NCBI GenBank assembly: GCA_019828565.1
Contig: JAHDYR010000062.1
Location: forward strand, 1,188,421-1,252,420
Length of the DNA: 64,000 nt
Direction: 5' to 3'
From: Carpediemonas membranifera BICM
Taxonomy: Eukaryota > Protista > Fornicata
Below, one piece after another: positions 10,866 through 22,054 of this stretch; positions within the stretch are counted from its first letter, which is position 1; each line of letters starts with the position of its first letter. The notes under the pieces were generated by a model. The model ran no database searches, had not been told where the DNA came from, and was given only the letters and a program-made list of their open reading frames with translations. A program made the position numbers and the translations under genes.

Positions 10866-11513
10866 TTAGTAGAAGTCCTCGTCGATGGTGGTACCACACA
10901 TGGGAACGCTGCCGCGGTACTGCTTCACAGCGGGGCGGCTCCAGCCACCGAAGCTGGCCCAGTTGTGGGAAAGGCTCTCGACGCCGTCGTAACGGGGCCA
11001 CCACAGCTGCATGTCGGCGAACTCCTTGCTGTTGCAGGCGATGGGGTTCCACTGGGACTCGGAGGTGTACATGCCAACGCGGCCAGGCCAAGAGGCGTGG
11101 AGGGTGTCGATGATCTTGTGGAGGAAGGCAACGTTCTCGGCGCATGTAGAGAAGTAGAGGGCCGTGTTCTCGACGTCGATCCACATCTGGATAGAGCTGC
11201 TGTAGACGCCGTCAGCCTTGAGCTTAGCAACGGTGTCGTGCACCTGCTGGACGGGGTCGTGGTGCTTGGAGGGGAAGAAGTACATGTCGACATACTTGAT
11301 GCCCGCAGCCTTGACGTTGCGGTAGGTCTGTCCGACATACTGGTTGTACGCACCAGTTGATCTCTGCGCTTGCAGGACGGCAAAGTCGCCGTAGCCGTTC
11401 TTCACGAGGCACTCGAAGTCGGAAATAGAGGGAGCGCCTTGGAAATAAGAGACATCAAAACCTCTGCTGGCAAGAACGACACCAATCAGAAGAAGAACGC
11501 AGATGTGCTTCAT
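10866..11513 (-). CDS. Secreted GH25 lysozyme (protist/nematode type)
   Basis: Signal peptide MKHICVLLLIGVVLA, RGFDVS, MWIDVE (DxE), LWWPRYDG, FGGWSRPAVKQY, IDEDFY. Confidence 0.92.
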   Translation of the reverse strand: MKHICVLLLIGVVLASRGFDVSYFQGAPSISDFECLVKNGYGDFAVLQAQRSTGAYNQYVGQTYRNVKAAGIKYVDMYFFPSKHHDPVQQVHDTVAKLKADGVYSSSIQMWIDVENTALYFSTCAENVAFLHKIIDTLHASWPGRVGMYTSESQWNPIACNSKEFADMQLWWPRYDGVESLSHNWASFGGWSRPAVKQYRGSVPMCGTTIDEDFY

Positions 11514-11868
11514 GGTTGTGTTTTGGTCTTCCAGATTCTTCTCCGTCGAAAAGCAGGAAATGAGCGTCATGTCCTTTTGGCATGTGGCAGACACCTTGTT
11601 TCCAGGGCTAACAGTCTGCAGCGCTGCTCTCTCGATCCTCGGCGGACCAGCCGACACCAGCTGCCGACGTCACAGATGTGCCATGCAGCTGGGTATCAGT
11701 GGCGCAGCCTCGGGGATGGCCAACGTCTGCTGGAGTCGGTGCCACTGCCATCTGGCGGTTATCCCCCTCACAGCCGGCATGGCCTTTGCTGGTTTGTCAT
11801 CTTCCATCGTGACTAGTTTGACTCGAAGGAGTCATCCACACATCGCAACGACAGTTGAACGAGCGGAC

Positions 11869-13572
11869 ATGAGACCGGAAGAAAGAAAGCAACGAGAGAG
11901 GGCGCTGATAGCGGTTTATTGCATCGCACGGGAGGTATCCTTCCCGCTACCCAAACTAGTGCTCCAGTTGATTCGTGAGGCATATTCATGCCAGTTCCAC
12001 AAAAATATGCCCTTTATTTCAGACGATTCAGCCTTCACAGAATATGCAAAAGCACTTTCTGTGGACGATTTCCTCTGCCTGCTCTCCTCTCTCCTCGCTC
12101 ACCAGCCCGAGGTCCCAAGATTGGCTCGGTCGTCCCTGCACAGGGCCATTAGACTCACTGTCGGCTCAGAACAGAGCATGAACGTCGAGCTCGCAGATGG
12201 GGAGGACCTCCCGGAAGTCCTGCACACCCTGATCCAGGGCACGCTGTGGGCCATCCTCATGGAAGCTGGAGCCAACCCGGACCTTGATGGCACGCGGCTC
12301 CTTAAGAAAATCGGCGAGCAATTCTGTCCAAAAGACAAGTGCATATGGTTCCTCTGCCGCAAGTTCTTCTTCACCTGGAACGTCGCCGATCGTAACGGCG
12401 ACCTCATGCAACGCGACGACCTGCCCGCTGCCCTGGACTGCAACACGACCGTCATGGACCGCTACTCCCAACTCATGTATTCTGGGCGTCTCTTCATGGC
12501 GTCATGGCTGTACGGCCCCCCCAAGTTCACCCGGGCTCGGCTGCCCCGGGTCAGGCCGGGAGCCCTGTCCCACGGTGGGAGCACGCACTGCGGGGGAATC
12601 ATCGCCCAGACGGCGAAGGGGCTGTGGACTTGGGGCCACAACGCCATGGCTGGGTCCCGTATGCCACTGTCACTAACGGACATGACACAGCCGTCCTACG
12701 TTTGGTTCGTACAGACGCCCGTCCGCCTCACCTTCCCCACAGGGTCCTCCTTGGCGAGCTATGAGGCCAGCCTCCCAGCGTGGCATAAGGACAGGATGGT
12801 TCTTGGCCTCGCATTCTTCTTCAGCGGCTTCATCGTCCTTACCCCAGCTGGCGTCGCGGTCCACGGGTTTGAAGGCCTTCCGAGAACCGAGACAGCGGGT
12901 GGCTTTTTCAATCAGCTCAAACTGCCGCACGGCTTTGTCCCAGATCACATCCTCGGTCCCAGCCCTATTGTCCTCACCATGGGCGACCGGCAGATGATAT
13001 TTGGGCCGAACGATGATGGTCAGCTGGGGCTCGGCTACAAGAGGAAGCTTTCTGCGTTCGACAAACCCACCCGCCACATCGACCAGGTCGTCACATCCGA
13101 ATCCAACTTCAATATTTACCGGCACGGGCATCAGCTGACGTTTGCCGGCAAGCCCCCGGCTGTCTTGTGGGGTTCCAGTCTGCTCCCCAAGTCCTACCAG
13201 AGGGACACAGCCCGAGTCGTCCCGCTCATCTTCCCCTGCCGTCCCGTGCGGCTCTACTGCCAGCAGCGCCTGCTGGTCTGGGTTGGGACGGACGGTCTCA
13301 CGCGTTGCACTCTCGAGAGCTGCGACGATCCGTACACCGGGTTCGCCATGGTCGCCTTCTTGTCGCTGCCCCAGCCTTGGGACCCCCAACCAACGTACAC
13401 GACGCTGAGCAACACGTTCCCGTTGGCGGCGATCTCGGTCTTGATTGACTCTGGTGAGAGGCACATGCTGCTTGAATCAGAGGACGGCTGGACCAAAGCG
13501 TGCCTCACGACAGGGTGCACTGAGCGCTGCGGTTGTCCCGGGATCGGGACCAGGCTTGTCGAGCTGCGATAA
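11869..13572 (+). CDS. Divergent RCC1-like repeat protein
   Basis: GLWTWGHN and FGPNDDGQLGLG RCC1-like motifs; start uncertain because the frame is open from 11503. Confidence 0.5.
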   Translation: MRPEERKQRERALIAVYCIAREVSFPLPKLVLQLIREAYSCQFHKNMPFISDDSAFTEYAKALSVDDFLCLLSSLLAHQPEVPRLARSSLHRAIRLTVGSEQSMNVELADGEDLPEVLHTLIQGTLWAILMEAGANPDLDGTRLLKKIGEQFCPKDKCIWFLCRKFFFTWNVADRNGDLMQRDDLPAALDCNTTVMDRYSQLMYSGRLFMASWLYGPPKFTRARLPRVRPGALSHGGSTHCGGIIAQTAKGLWTWGHNAMAGSRMPLSLTDMTQPSYVWFVQTPVRLTFPTGSSLASYEASLPAWHKDRMVLGLAFFFSGFIVLTPAGVAVHGFEGLPRTETAGGFFNQLKLPHGFVPDHILGPSPIVLTMGDRQMIFGPNDDGQLGLGYKRKLSAFDKPTRHIDQVVTSESNFNIYRHGHQLTFAGKPPAVLWGSSLLPKSYQRDTARVVPLIFPCRPVRLYCQQRLLVWVGTDGLTRCTLESCDDPYTGFAMVAFLSLPQPWDPQPTYTTLSNTFPLAAISVLIDSGERHMLLESEDGWTKACLTTGCTERCGCPGIGTRLVELR

Positions 13573-13731
13573 GCGGTGTAAATTACGATCGTTTGGGGGT
13601 GTTCTACAAGTATCGACAAGGCAATACTCTGGGCGTAGGGTCACGCCTCCGCCGGTCATGTTCAATCTTAACAGACACAGGGTGTACAATAAATCACTCA
13701 ACACAAGCGATATACTCTTTACACGTCACTC

Positions 13732-14947
13732 TTAGAACTGAAAACCTTTGTCGCCGAAGCCTGTACGGCGGGGGCGATGATCCCTGTGCTCGCGGTGGGC
13801 CCGGATTCCGCTGCGAGACGTCTCGCGCTTCATGTCATCAACGTCGGTCGGACGGGGTGTGATCCCGGTGCCCGTGTGACCCGGCTTGGGCTCCTCGGCC
13901 TTGGAGGTGCGTTCCCGCTCCCGGCCGCGGGACGGAAGGCGGCGGTCAGACCGACCGCTGGTCGCGCCAATGCGATTCTTGTGGTGCCGATCGGCGTCGA
14001 ACCCGATCATAACCCAGTCAAACTGGTAATCATAGGAGTACCCCTCACGGATGAAAAGCTCGCGGAACAGCTTGCGGATGTACGCATAATCGGGCTTATC
14101 GTCGAAGCGGAGGGCGCGGGTGTAGTGCAGGTAGGCCGTAAACTCGGCGGGGAAGCCGCGGCAGAGGGACTCGATGGGGGTCGCCATCTTCTTCTCAAGG
14201 ATCTTCTCGTACTTCTGCCGCTTAGTAGCGGCGCGGAGAGCCTGCCACGGGAGCTGGCCGCGAAGGAAGTAGACAAGGACATAGCCGAGGGCCTCGAGAT
14301 CGTCGCGCCTGCTCTGCTCGATCCCGAGGTGAGTGTTGATGGACGCATACCGGGCTGTACCGGTTAGCGACTTGTGCTCGCGGTAGGGGATATGTTGGTG
14401 GGTCTTGGGGTCGCGGTATCTCTTCGCTAGGCCGAAATCTATTACGTGGACGGTAGTCTGGCGCTTGCCCATGCCGATGAGGAAGTTGTCGGGTTTGATG
14501 TCACGATGGACGAAGTTCTTAGCGTGTACGTACTCAAGGCGTGTGATCATCTGATCGGCGAGCATGAGCACAGTTTTAAGCGAGAGCTTGCGGTGGCAGA
14601 TGTTGAAAAGGTCTTCGAGAGAGGGCCCGAGCAGGTCCATAACCATGACGTTAAAATCGCCTTCAATACCGTAGTAGTGCACATAAGGAACTCCGACACC
14701 GCCTTGGAGGATCTTGTAGAGCTTGGATTCGTACAAAAGTTGAGGGTGTTTGCAATCAACCCCTTCGAGCTTAATAGCCACTTCTTCGTTCGTCATCATG
14801 TTCACACCGCTGTGTTAGTGCATATATGAAGGGTAGAACATACCTATAGATCTCGCCGAACGACCCATAGCCGATTCTCTTTCCGATGCGGAACTAAGTG
14901 AGAGCAGGTGGCGCAAAACGTACCTTGTTGGCAACCCGTAAGTCCAT
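13732..14947 (-). CDS. CK1: Casein kinase 1; introns 14894-14923 and 14810-14843
   Basis: Spliced [26 protein letters not shown]; [30 protein letters not shown]. Confidence 0.97.
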
Positions 14948-15529
14948 TGGTTGATTTCTTTCTGTGTTATAGGCGGAGAAGGCCGAATACATACAGCAGG
15001 GGATGAAGAGCGAGGTGTTAGTTTTTTTTCGCGCAGAACCCAGTTTTTGTGCAAGTGATGCAGGCAATGCTAGAAATAGTGACCACACCGGCAAAACAGT
15101 CGGCTGATGCACGAGACACACCGTACGAGAGGATCACCCCGTGGTTTGAGTTCAGAAGGTGCAGATTTGGCTTTAAAAGGAATTGTCAGATGCGCACATG
15201 TCTCAAAAAGGTCGACACAGGGACACCCAGAAAATGCAAGACACGGAGCAAATTTGGGGTCACCAGCCCAGTTTGGCTCATACCTGTGCACTTGGTACAG
15301 CTGCCCCGACTGGTCACGGGCCCTGCCCTCACTGGTTGAACTTCTCAGCCCCCGCCGATTAGTCTCAAAAAGGGGTATCACACTCAGATTGGGTATCTAG
15401 CAGCGTGTCACCCCATAGGGGGGCCGGTGTGCACGTCAAAATGTCAAACGCTCATCCAAAACGAATCGTCTCCATCCTGTCCTGTTCACGGTGCGTACGG
15501 GGATACGCGGCACATTTATGGAAAGAAGC

Positions 15530-15720
15530 TTACAGGCCAATCTTGCTGCGCTTCCAGTGGCGGCGCTTGTTGTTCCAGCGGATGGCATTGTGGGTCTTAA
15601 TGCGGTACCTGTGTAACAAAGGAGCGGTCGGAGAAAAACGAACCAGTGAGGAACGGGGCGGTTCATCTTACGAAGAGAAGCGTGGCGAAGCTTCAGCTGG
15701 AGCGTCTTGTTGGAGCCCAT
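15530..15720 (-). CDS. RPL39: 60S ribosomal protein L39; 35-nt intron 15609-15643
   Basis: Spliced 51 aa: MGSNKTLQLKLRHASLRKMNRPVPHWYRIKTHNAIRWNNKRRHWKRSKIGL; not a complete ORF in the supplied track. Confidence 0.95.
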
Positions 15721-15898
15721 TGATCTATCCTGCGCTGCTATCGTTTTTTTCACGCAAAAAATGCATGAAAAAAGATGGAACGACCATAAGCCACGCCCTG
15801 ACCTGCCAGCAGTCGTAAAACAGACCTGGATGAAACCAGCACCCGCCGCGTCATAGTTGACCTGAGAATTTGCACCCAAATACCCTTGATCCGCAAAT

Positions 15899-17389
15899 TT
15901 AAACAGCGCCCACCTGGACCTCGACCTTGCCCGAATCCGGCGGCATATGGCAATGACGCAGGTTAATGCCGTTAACGACCTCCTTGAGGAGGATTCGCGA
16001 CGCCCTACCGCAGTCTGCCACGGACGCGTGATGCACGAAGCCCCTTGCCCTCGCCAGAGCCTCGAGTGCCTCGTGCGGTGTCATCTTCCTGTCGGGGTCA
16101 TCGTCGATCCCAGGCTTGGGGAACGTCATCTTGAACGCCTTGCCGAGTGTCTCTCGGTCGAACCAGTCGAGACAGAGCTTGGTCGGCGTCAGGTAGTTCC
16201 GCATCCGGTCGATCTGGATGACGCCGGCGAGCACCATCTCCTCCCTTGTCCTGGAGATCGTCGGGAAGACGAGGCCTGGGCAGTCGCACAGCACCATGGG
16301 GTCGGCGTCGCCAGTCTCGGCATCCACGGGCAGCAGCAGCGTCTGGTAGCGCTGGGTCTTGCCTGGGGTCGCGCCCGTAGCCACCCGCTTCCTCGTGAAC
16401 AGCGAGTTGATAAAGGACGACTTGCCGACGTTCGGGAAGCCCACAAGGCCCACAGTGTAGGGGTATTTGTCCATCCAGGGCCGGTCCACAGAGCCGCGCC
16501 GGCTGTGGAGGATGCGGATGATGTCGGTGCGGGTGACGATGGCCGCGGTGTTGGGGCCGACGGCGGCCTCCATGGGGGCGTCGGCCTGCTCGTCGGACTC
16601 CTCAACGGTCGCTGCGAAGAACACGAAGGAGATGCCCTGGCCGTTGAACCAGTCGGCCCAGGCTTGGCGCTGTTCGAGCGTAAGCAGGTCGGCCTTGTTG
16701 ACGAGGAGCATCGACTGCTTCTGGTAGTCGAAAGTGCGGCCCGATCCGGGGTTCTTCTCCTCGTACTGCTGCTGGTAGTACTCCCTGAGCCGCTTGGCGG
16801 TGAACTTGGTGTAGATCTCGAGATCCTTGCATCTATAAAGGAGCGGGTTACGGGCATCCACAACCTGAACGATCACGTCGCTCTTCTCCACAACATGCCA
16901 CAGCTGCCTCCACACGTTGATGCTCTTCTCGAACGGCGTGAGTTCGATGTTGTCTGTCTGCTCGATGGCAGCCATACCGCTGCGCCATTTGAGGAATGCC
17001 TCCTCCTCGACCTTGGGGAGCTCCTTGGGGGACACCATGCGCCAGTTGGGGCGGTATGGGATGCGGAGGAGCTTCATTACGCGGTCATTGACCTGGCTGG
17101 GATCCGTGTAGTTGAGACTGATCGGTTCATCGCTGGTGATCAGACGGGCCTCGCCCCGTACAGCCGAGAATGAACGGCCCTCCATCAGAGCCCGGTCTCT
17201 GAATGCATCATAGTCGTTGGTTTCGATGATAGACTGCAGGGCGGTCCCCTTCTGGTGCACGATCTCCAGTCCATTTGCATCGTCGGCATTCTGGATTCGT
17301 TCGAATTCCCTAATGCGGCTATTCTTCACGGTACGCTTATTGTTCATCAACGCGCGCCCGAGACCAGTCTTCTTCCCGTTCTTTCCCAT
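15899..17389 (-). CDS. LSG1: Large subunit GTPase 1 (circularly permuted)
   Basis: LTPFEKSINVWRQLWHVVEKSD, VDARNPL, NKAD before GFPNVGKSS, TPGKT, LCDCPGLVFP. Confidence 0.95.
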   Translation of the reverse strand: MGKNGKKTGLGRALMNNKRTVKNSRIREFERIQNADDANGLEIVHQKGTALQSIIETNDYDAFRDRALMEGRSFSAVRGEARLITSDEPISLNYTDPSQVNDRVMKLLRIPYRPNWRMVSPKELPKVEEEAFLKWRSGMAAIEQTDNIELTPFEKSINVWRQLWHVVEKSDVIVQVVDARNPLLYRCKDLEIYTKFTAKRLREYYQQQYEEKNPGSGRTFDYQKQSMLLVNKADLLTLEQRQAWADWFNGQGISFVFFAATVEESDEQADAPMEAAVGPNTAAIVTRTDIIRILHSRRGSVDRPWMDKYPYTVGLVGFPNVGKSSFINSLFTRKRVATGATPGKTQRYQTLLLPVDAETGDADPMVLCDCPGLVFPTISRTREEMVLAGVIQIDRMRNYLTPTKLCLDWFDRETLGKAFKMTFPKPGIDDDPDRKMTPHEALEALARARGFVHHASVADCGRASRILLKEVVNGINLRHCHMPPDSGKVEVQVGAV

Positions 17390-17414
17390 CTCAAACTGCC
17401 TGTGCCGCGCAGGA

Positions 17415-17608
17415 TTAGAATTGTTGAGTCCAAAGCTGCCGCATTCCTAGCTTCTGCTGGAGCGAGAACCAAGATCCCGCCCAGAACCGTCGCTCTTACC
17501 ATCGCCGACGCCCTCATGTCCGCTACCCTTCTGGTGTACGACAGGTGGGCCGTCAGACTGAACCTGTTCAGTCCTCTGGAGTTCATCCCAGGGGGGTCGA
17601 CAGCTTAA
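17415..17608 (+). mobile_element. 5'-truncated fragment of a dispersed coding element (putative non-LTR retrotransposon 3' end); left edge approximate
   Basis: Peptide ..LTIADALMSATLLVYDRW..LF.PLEFIP..stop is shared with 39679-39942; 51/53 nt identical over 17498-17550 vs 39799-39851. Confidence 0.55.
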
Positions 17609-17825
17609 GTCACCTTTACATGAATCCTCCACATAAACCCTCTAAATACCACACTGCCACCATCCTTAACCTGCCTCTTGATGCATCCCTGATGCGACCA
17701 ACCCAGCCTCCGTCCGCCTCGTGGGGGTGGAGGCACGTCTATCGGTGTTTATACATTCTCGAAATAAAACAGCACAAGTAATAATAAAGTCCACCGTCAG
17801 TCGAGCATTTTAAACCAGTCGGCTG

Positions 17826-18938
17826 TCAGCCCTTCTTCTTGTCATGCAGCCTAAGATGCCCAGCGTTGATCCCCACACCAACTAGCGCCCTCAGTGCAGC
17901 TATATTAGACGCTAGCCCGGCACAAGCCATCGTCCGGCCCAAACAGTCGGCCGTCGTCTCGGGAAGAAGACCCAGCGCTGCTCTGCAGGCCGGGTGAAAG
18001 GTGGTTAGACCACCCACGACACCGATGGGACACGCGACATCCACAGTGATTGTCAAAGTGGTTGTATCTGCAGATTCTGTGACCACACACCGTGACAGCG
18101 GCTTATACTGCCCGCCGCTGCCGGCATAGAGGTGGTTGGCGGCCTCTATCGCCCTAGTGTCCTGCCCACTCGCCATGGCGACAGCAATGACACCGTTCAT
18201 GATGCCCTTGTTGTGGGTCACGGCTCGTTCAGGCAGGGCCTGTGCCAGCTCGAATGCCCTGCTCAGGTCACCAAGTCGCCCCCGGTCCTCGCCAGACCCA
18301 GACAGTGTGGCAGACGCGGTGTACACGCGTCCCTTGGCGTCGTTCGACAGTATCCTACAGAGCACACGGCCCGGGGCGACGTCAAGCCAGCGTCCCACGG
18401 CCTCCATCATGCGGTTGATCGCATTGGCACCCATGGAGTCGCCTACGGACACCCTGACGGTGAGCACGGCGCTGTCTGGCCCCAGTACAGTGGCAGCCGC
18501 GTCGGTCGCCCGGCAATGGTGGTGGCCTCGGTTGGCCTCGGATAGGATGGCTTCGCGTTGGGAGTTCAAGTGCTCCACGACCCTCTGAGAGTTATCGAGC
18601 TCAATCAATTGGATCATTCCCGTCATATAGGGGTCTGGTGGCGCCGTGGTGGTGAACCCCCCATTGGCATGGACGAGGCGAGCCCCATTAGAGCATGCAG
18701 CGACGACTGATGACTCCTCAGTGCACATAGGAACAAGATACTCTAGGTCATCGATCTTGAAGTTTGGCGCTACAGAAAGCGGCAGTGCAACAGCACCGAC
18801 AACGTTTTCCGAGATCTTCTCAAGGATTTGCATGATTTCGTCGTCCAATCGCGGTATTTCAATCTTATTCCCGACACATGATGCTAGCTTTGCCCGCTTT
18901 TGCTCAAGTGTTAACGTATGAAAGCCGCTTATTCTCAT
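17826..18938 (-). CDS. HMG-CoA reductase class II (bacterial type)
   Basis: MRISGF start, ENVVG, PMCTEESSVVAA, DSMGAN, RILSN, THNKGIMNG, GQDTRAIEA, GINAGHLRLH. Confidence 0.93.
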   Translation of the reverse strand: MRISGFHTLTLEQKRAKLASCVGNKIEIPRLDDEIMQILEKISENVVGAVALPLSVAPNFKIDDLEYLVPMCTEESSVVAACSNGARLVHANGGFTTTAPPDPYMTGMIQLIELDNSQRVVEHLNSQREAILSEANRGHHHCRATDAAATVLGPDSAVLTVRVSVGDSMGANAINRMMEAVGRWLDVAPGRVLCRILSNDAKGRVYTASATLSGSGEDRGRLGDLSRAFELAQALPERAVTHNKGIMNGVIAVAMASGQDTRAIEAANHLYAGSGGQYKPLSRCVVTESADTTTLTITVDVACPIGVVGGLTTFHPACRAALGLLPETTADCLGRTMACAGLASNIAALRALVGVGINAGHLRLHDKKKG

Positions 18939-19221
18939 CCTAATCAAATGATTACCCATCCCATTTTGAAGTTCCAAGCCCAGCAATACGGATGTTTACA
19001 ATCAGTACCTCAACGGCAGAACTACTTCTATCCCAACGGCAGTGTCTCCACCATGGCCACCGCACTTTAAGACAAAATACCCCATGCCGCGCGGGGCGCG
19101 GTCTGGCTTACGTGTCACCGAGGAGTGTATGTAAAAACTTTAAGACACACTACCCACCTTCCTCGAAATATTCACCGCTGGATGTCAGCCTGCTCTGCTG
19201 ACTTCATCCGCTCCACACAAT

Positions 19222-19992
19222 TTACCAATCTACAGCCTGCACCGCGTTCGCCTTCTGCGACGACGACTTCTTCCGCTCCGCTCTTACTGTCTTTCTCAGC
19301 ATGACCAAGGAGATCATTGTTGTGATGAGGAGCGGCAGATGAGCGAGACAGGCGAGGGCCTCGAGGGTGTACAAGAGCCCCGAGGTCAGCTCGTACGCCG
19401 TGAACTCAGCCAGAAAGTGCTGCAAGAAGCAGTCGGTTAGGAAAATGAACCGAAGGAGGGCGAGGGCCACCACCATGCCTGCCGCGGCACACAGCGCAGG
19501 TAAGAAGAAGCGGGGCGGGGAGATGGCCACGAATATGGTGGTAATGGTGATGCCCGCTGGTACGAAGAACACCAGCACCGCGAGCCAGCTGCTGACCTCC
19601 GGGAAGATGGGGATCGTAGTCAGGCCGACGTTGAAGTTGCGGCCGTGCAGGGTAGGGAAGAGGAAGAGGATCAGCAGGATCAGCGTGAAGTGTGCCGTGA
19701 GTACGAGGACCTCTGCCTTGAGCTGGCGGCGGGTGGCGATGTGCCGGGACCGGATGGTGTCGTTGTTGAGCCCGGCGACGACATCCTTCTTGAATGACTT
19801 CATCTCGATGAGCAGCTGCTCGAGATCTACGGTCTTGGCCTCTCTGTTGCTCCGTATGATGCGCTCGAGTCTGTCTCTGCAGTTCTGGAGCCGCTCGGTG
19901 TCGTAATACGTGCGCTTGCCCGAGGAAAAGTGCGTTATGTCGTCAATGTCCGTTAAAATATCCTCTACAAGCTTCTCGTCTGATTCAAGCAT
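19222..19992 (-). CDS. Hypothetical membrane protein (about 4 TM)
   Basis: 256-aa ORF with a charged helical N-terminus followed by hydrophobic segments. Confidence 0.65.
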   Translation of the reverse strand: MLESDEKLVEDILTDIDDITHFSSGKRTYYDTERLQNCRDRLERIIRSNREAKTVDLEQLLIEMKSFKKDVVAGLNNDTIRSRHIATRRQLKAEVLVLTAHFTLILLILFLFPTLHGRNFNVGLTTIPIFPEVSSWLAVLVFFVPAGITITTIFVAISPPRFFLPALCAAAGMVVALALLRFIFLTDCFLQHFLAEFTAYELTSGLLYTLEALACLAHLPLLITTMISLVMLRKTVRAERKKSSSQKANAVQAVDW

Positions 19993-20099
19993 CGCTCAGC
20001 TGTTTCACTGCTTGATTGGATGCCATGTCAGCAACGCCTACAGTGGTCATGACAGATGCTCTCAAAATTTTTAAGATCGAATCTGAAGCACTGAAGCAC

Positions 20100-21533
20100 T
20101 CACCATGCCGCAGCCGCTCTCACCTCTGACTCCGCCACCAGCATCCCCAACGCTCTCCGGCCGTCGCGGGCATAGCTCTTGGCGGCATCCGGGATCGACT
20201 CGAAGCTGACCGTGTTCCAGTTCATAAAGGTCTGCATGAGCACGGGCCCGGTCCACAGCGGCGTCAGATAGCCCAGGGAGTCAAACTTGTACTTCCCCAT
20301 GATCTTGGTGATCTTGTCGACCAACTTCCGCCCGCCCTCAATGACAACAATAGTCCGGACGGCTTTGGCACTCCCCCCTTCCCCTTTTCCGGCCCTGATC
20401 ACCGCTATCTGGCCCAGGACCTTGGGTGTCGAGAACTCCCGGACCCCCGTCTCGGGGTCGGTCCAGCGGGGACAGACGGCGGCGTTGATTCGAAGGATAA
20501 ACTGCGAAACTTGTGACTCTGACACAGTCACTGATGTGACGCTCATGACGACGCCCTGTATCCGGTCGCTGCGGACCTTGGCCAGGGACCGCTGCCACTT
20601 CTCATCCACGGTCAGCTTCTGGGCCAGCTGGTGCTCCTCGTGGACCATAATCCGCCGGTCCCGCTCCTCCTTAACCTTCGCCTCCACCTCTGTCGGGTTG
20701 AGTGCCAGTCGGGTCGACAGGATACGCGCCATTGTCACCAGACGGACCCGGGTCTCCGGGGGCGGGTCCAACCCTGCGGCGACGCGCTGGTCCTTCACCC
20801 TGCTCGCCTCGACCCGCTCCATGTGCCGCTTCTTCTTCCGCTCGGCCTTAGTCAACATGGGCGGGAGGGCGACTGGCGGCCGCATGGCGTGGTCGGGGAG
20901 GGTCAGCTGGGGGTGCTGGATCAGGTGTGAGATCCGCATGCCGTTGAACCGGACGGACCAGGGCTGCGTGGACGACTGGGCGATCGTTGGGGCGGAGGCA
21001 ATGGAGAGTGCCGAGTCACCCTCGAGGGCACTGACCACCTCGTGGGACGGCACACCGCTATCACAGCGTCTGACGCTGTCTGTGTACGCCTGTCCACCGA
21101 GGAGGAGGGTCTCTGTCCCATCGGCCCAGTGGGACGTGACGACCAGGGGCGAATCCCACCATTCCACGCCCGGGACCTGGGCCAGGCGGACCTCCATTGG
21201 CGCTGTGATGGGTGCCGTGCGTCCTTCCGTGACAGCGGTCTTCGTGCCCTTGGAAAGGACACGTTTGATGTGCGCCTTGGGCTCTTTTGACAAATACGGG
21301 TTCAATGTAGTTTCTCTCTTTCTGACTACGAGCTTATTCCCATCATGATCATAGTAGTTTCCAAGATTATCCATTCCAGCCACCATATGAGACTCTATGT
21401 GGTCAACAATGCGTTCCGGAGCTGATCCTTGCTTTGGAATAAGGAGATCCGAAAGAACAGTCTCCATTCGTGTGCAGAAGTCATCGACATCGGGCCACTT
21501 TCTCGAGGACAGGAGCTCGTAGAGATCGGCCAT
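20100..21533 (-). CDS. PRP3: U4/U6 snRNP protein Prp3
   Basis: VEWWD, HLIQHP, LTKAERKKKR, GLDPPPETRVRL, NPTEVEAKV, VVIEGGRK. Confidence 0.88.
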   Translation of the reverse strand: MADLYELLSSRKWPDVDDFCTRMETVLSDLLIPKQGSAPERIVDHIESHMVAGMDNLGNYYDHDGNKLVVRKRETTLNPYLSKEPKAHIKRVLSKGTKTAVTEGRTAPITAPMEVRLAQVPGVEWWDSPLVVTSHWADGTETLLLGGQAYTDSVRRCDSGVPSHEVVSALEGDSALSIASAPTIAQSSTQPWSVRFNGMRISHLIQHPQLTLPDHAMRPPVALPPMLTKAERKKKRHMERVEASRVKDQRVAAGLDPPPETRVRLVTMARILSTRLALNPTEVEAKVKEERDRRIMVHEEHQLAQKLTVDEKWQRSLAKVRSDRIQGVVMSVTSVTVSESQVSQFILRINAAVCPRWTDPETGVREFSTPKVLGQIAVIRAGKGEGGSAKAVRTIVVIEGGRKLVDKITKIMGKYKFDSLGYLTPLWTGPVLMQTFMNWNTVSFESIPDAAKSYARDGRRALGMLVAESEVRAAAAW

Positions 21534-22054
21534 GGAGTGATGCCCCTTAAACTGCACCGGCAGTCCCTGCCTGGGGATGCCGCCCTACTGGTGCCGGTGT
21601 GCCACTATCCTTCGCTCTCCACCTCCTGGCATTCCTGAACTCTGGCAATTGGACATGGATCACTCGACTGACCTCACTCATCCCATCTGCTCGATGTGCA
21701 CTCAGGCATGCTTGAGTGTTGTCGACGCCCCGCTCTACTACTGTGCACCTGGACCGTGTACACCGGCTGACCGGACCAGGGTGTCCCCAACCCCGTGCTG
21801 GCAGTCGAGTAGCACTGTTTCATAAGAACTACTCTTCGCCTGCCTGCATCGCCCCCCAGTTGCACTATCGAGAATCGGTGCTGGCACATATCTTTCATAT
21901 CTCTCAGTCAGGTCACCTGAACTGATGTGCCGAGCCTAACAACCCCCTAGTGCCGCTGTTACCACTGTTACCTGGATACCCGCAGCAACCCCAATGGCCC
22001 AACATAGCCAGGATAGCACTGGGAACCCTCTACACTTCCATTGCTCTATCTAGT

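Noticed and set aside
15050-15400. Possible snRNA (Sm-like AATTTGGGG)
   Set aside because: No U1/U2/U4/U5 signature sequences recognised
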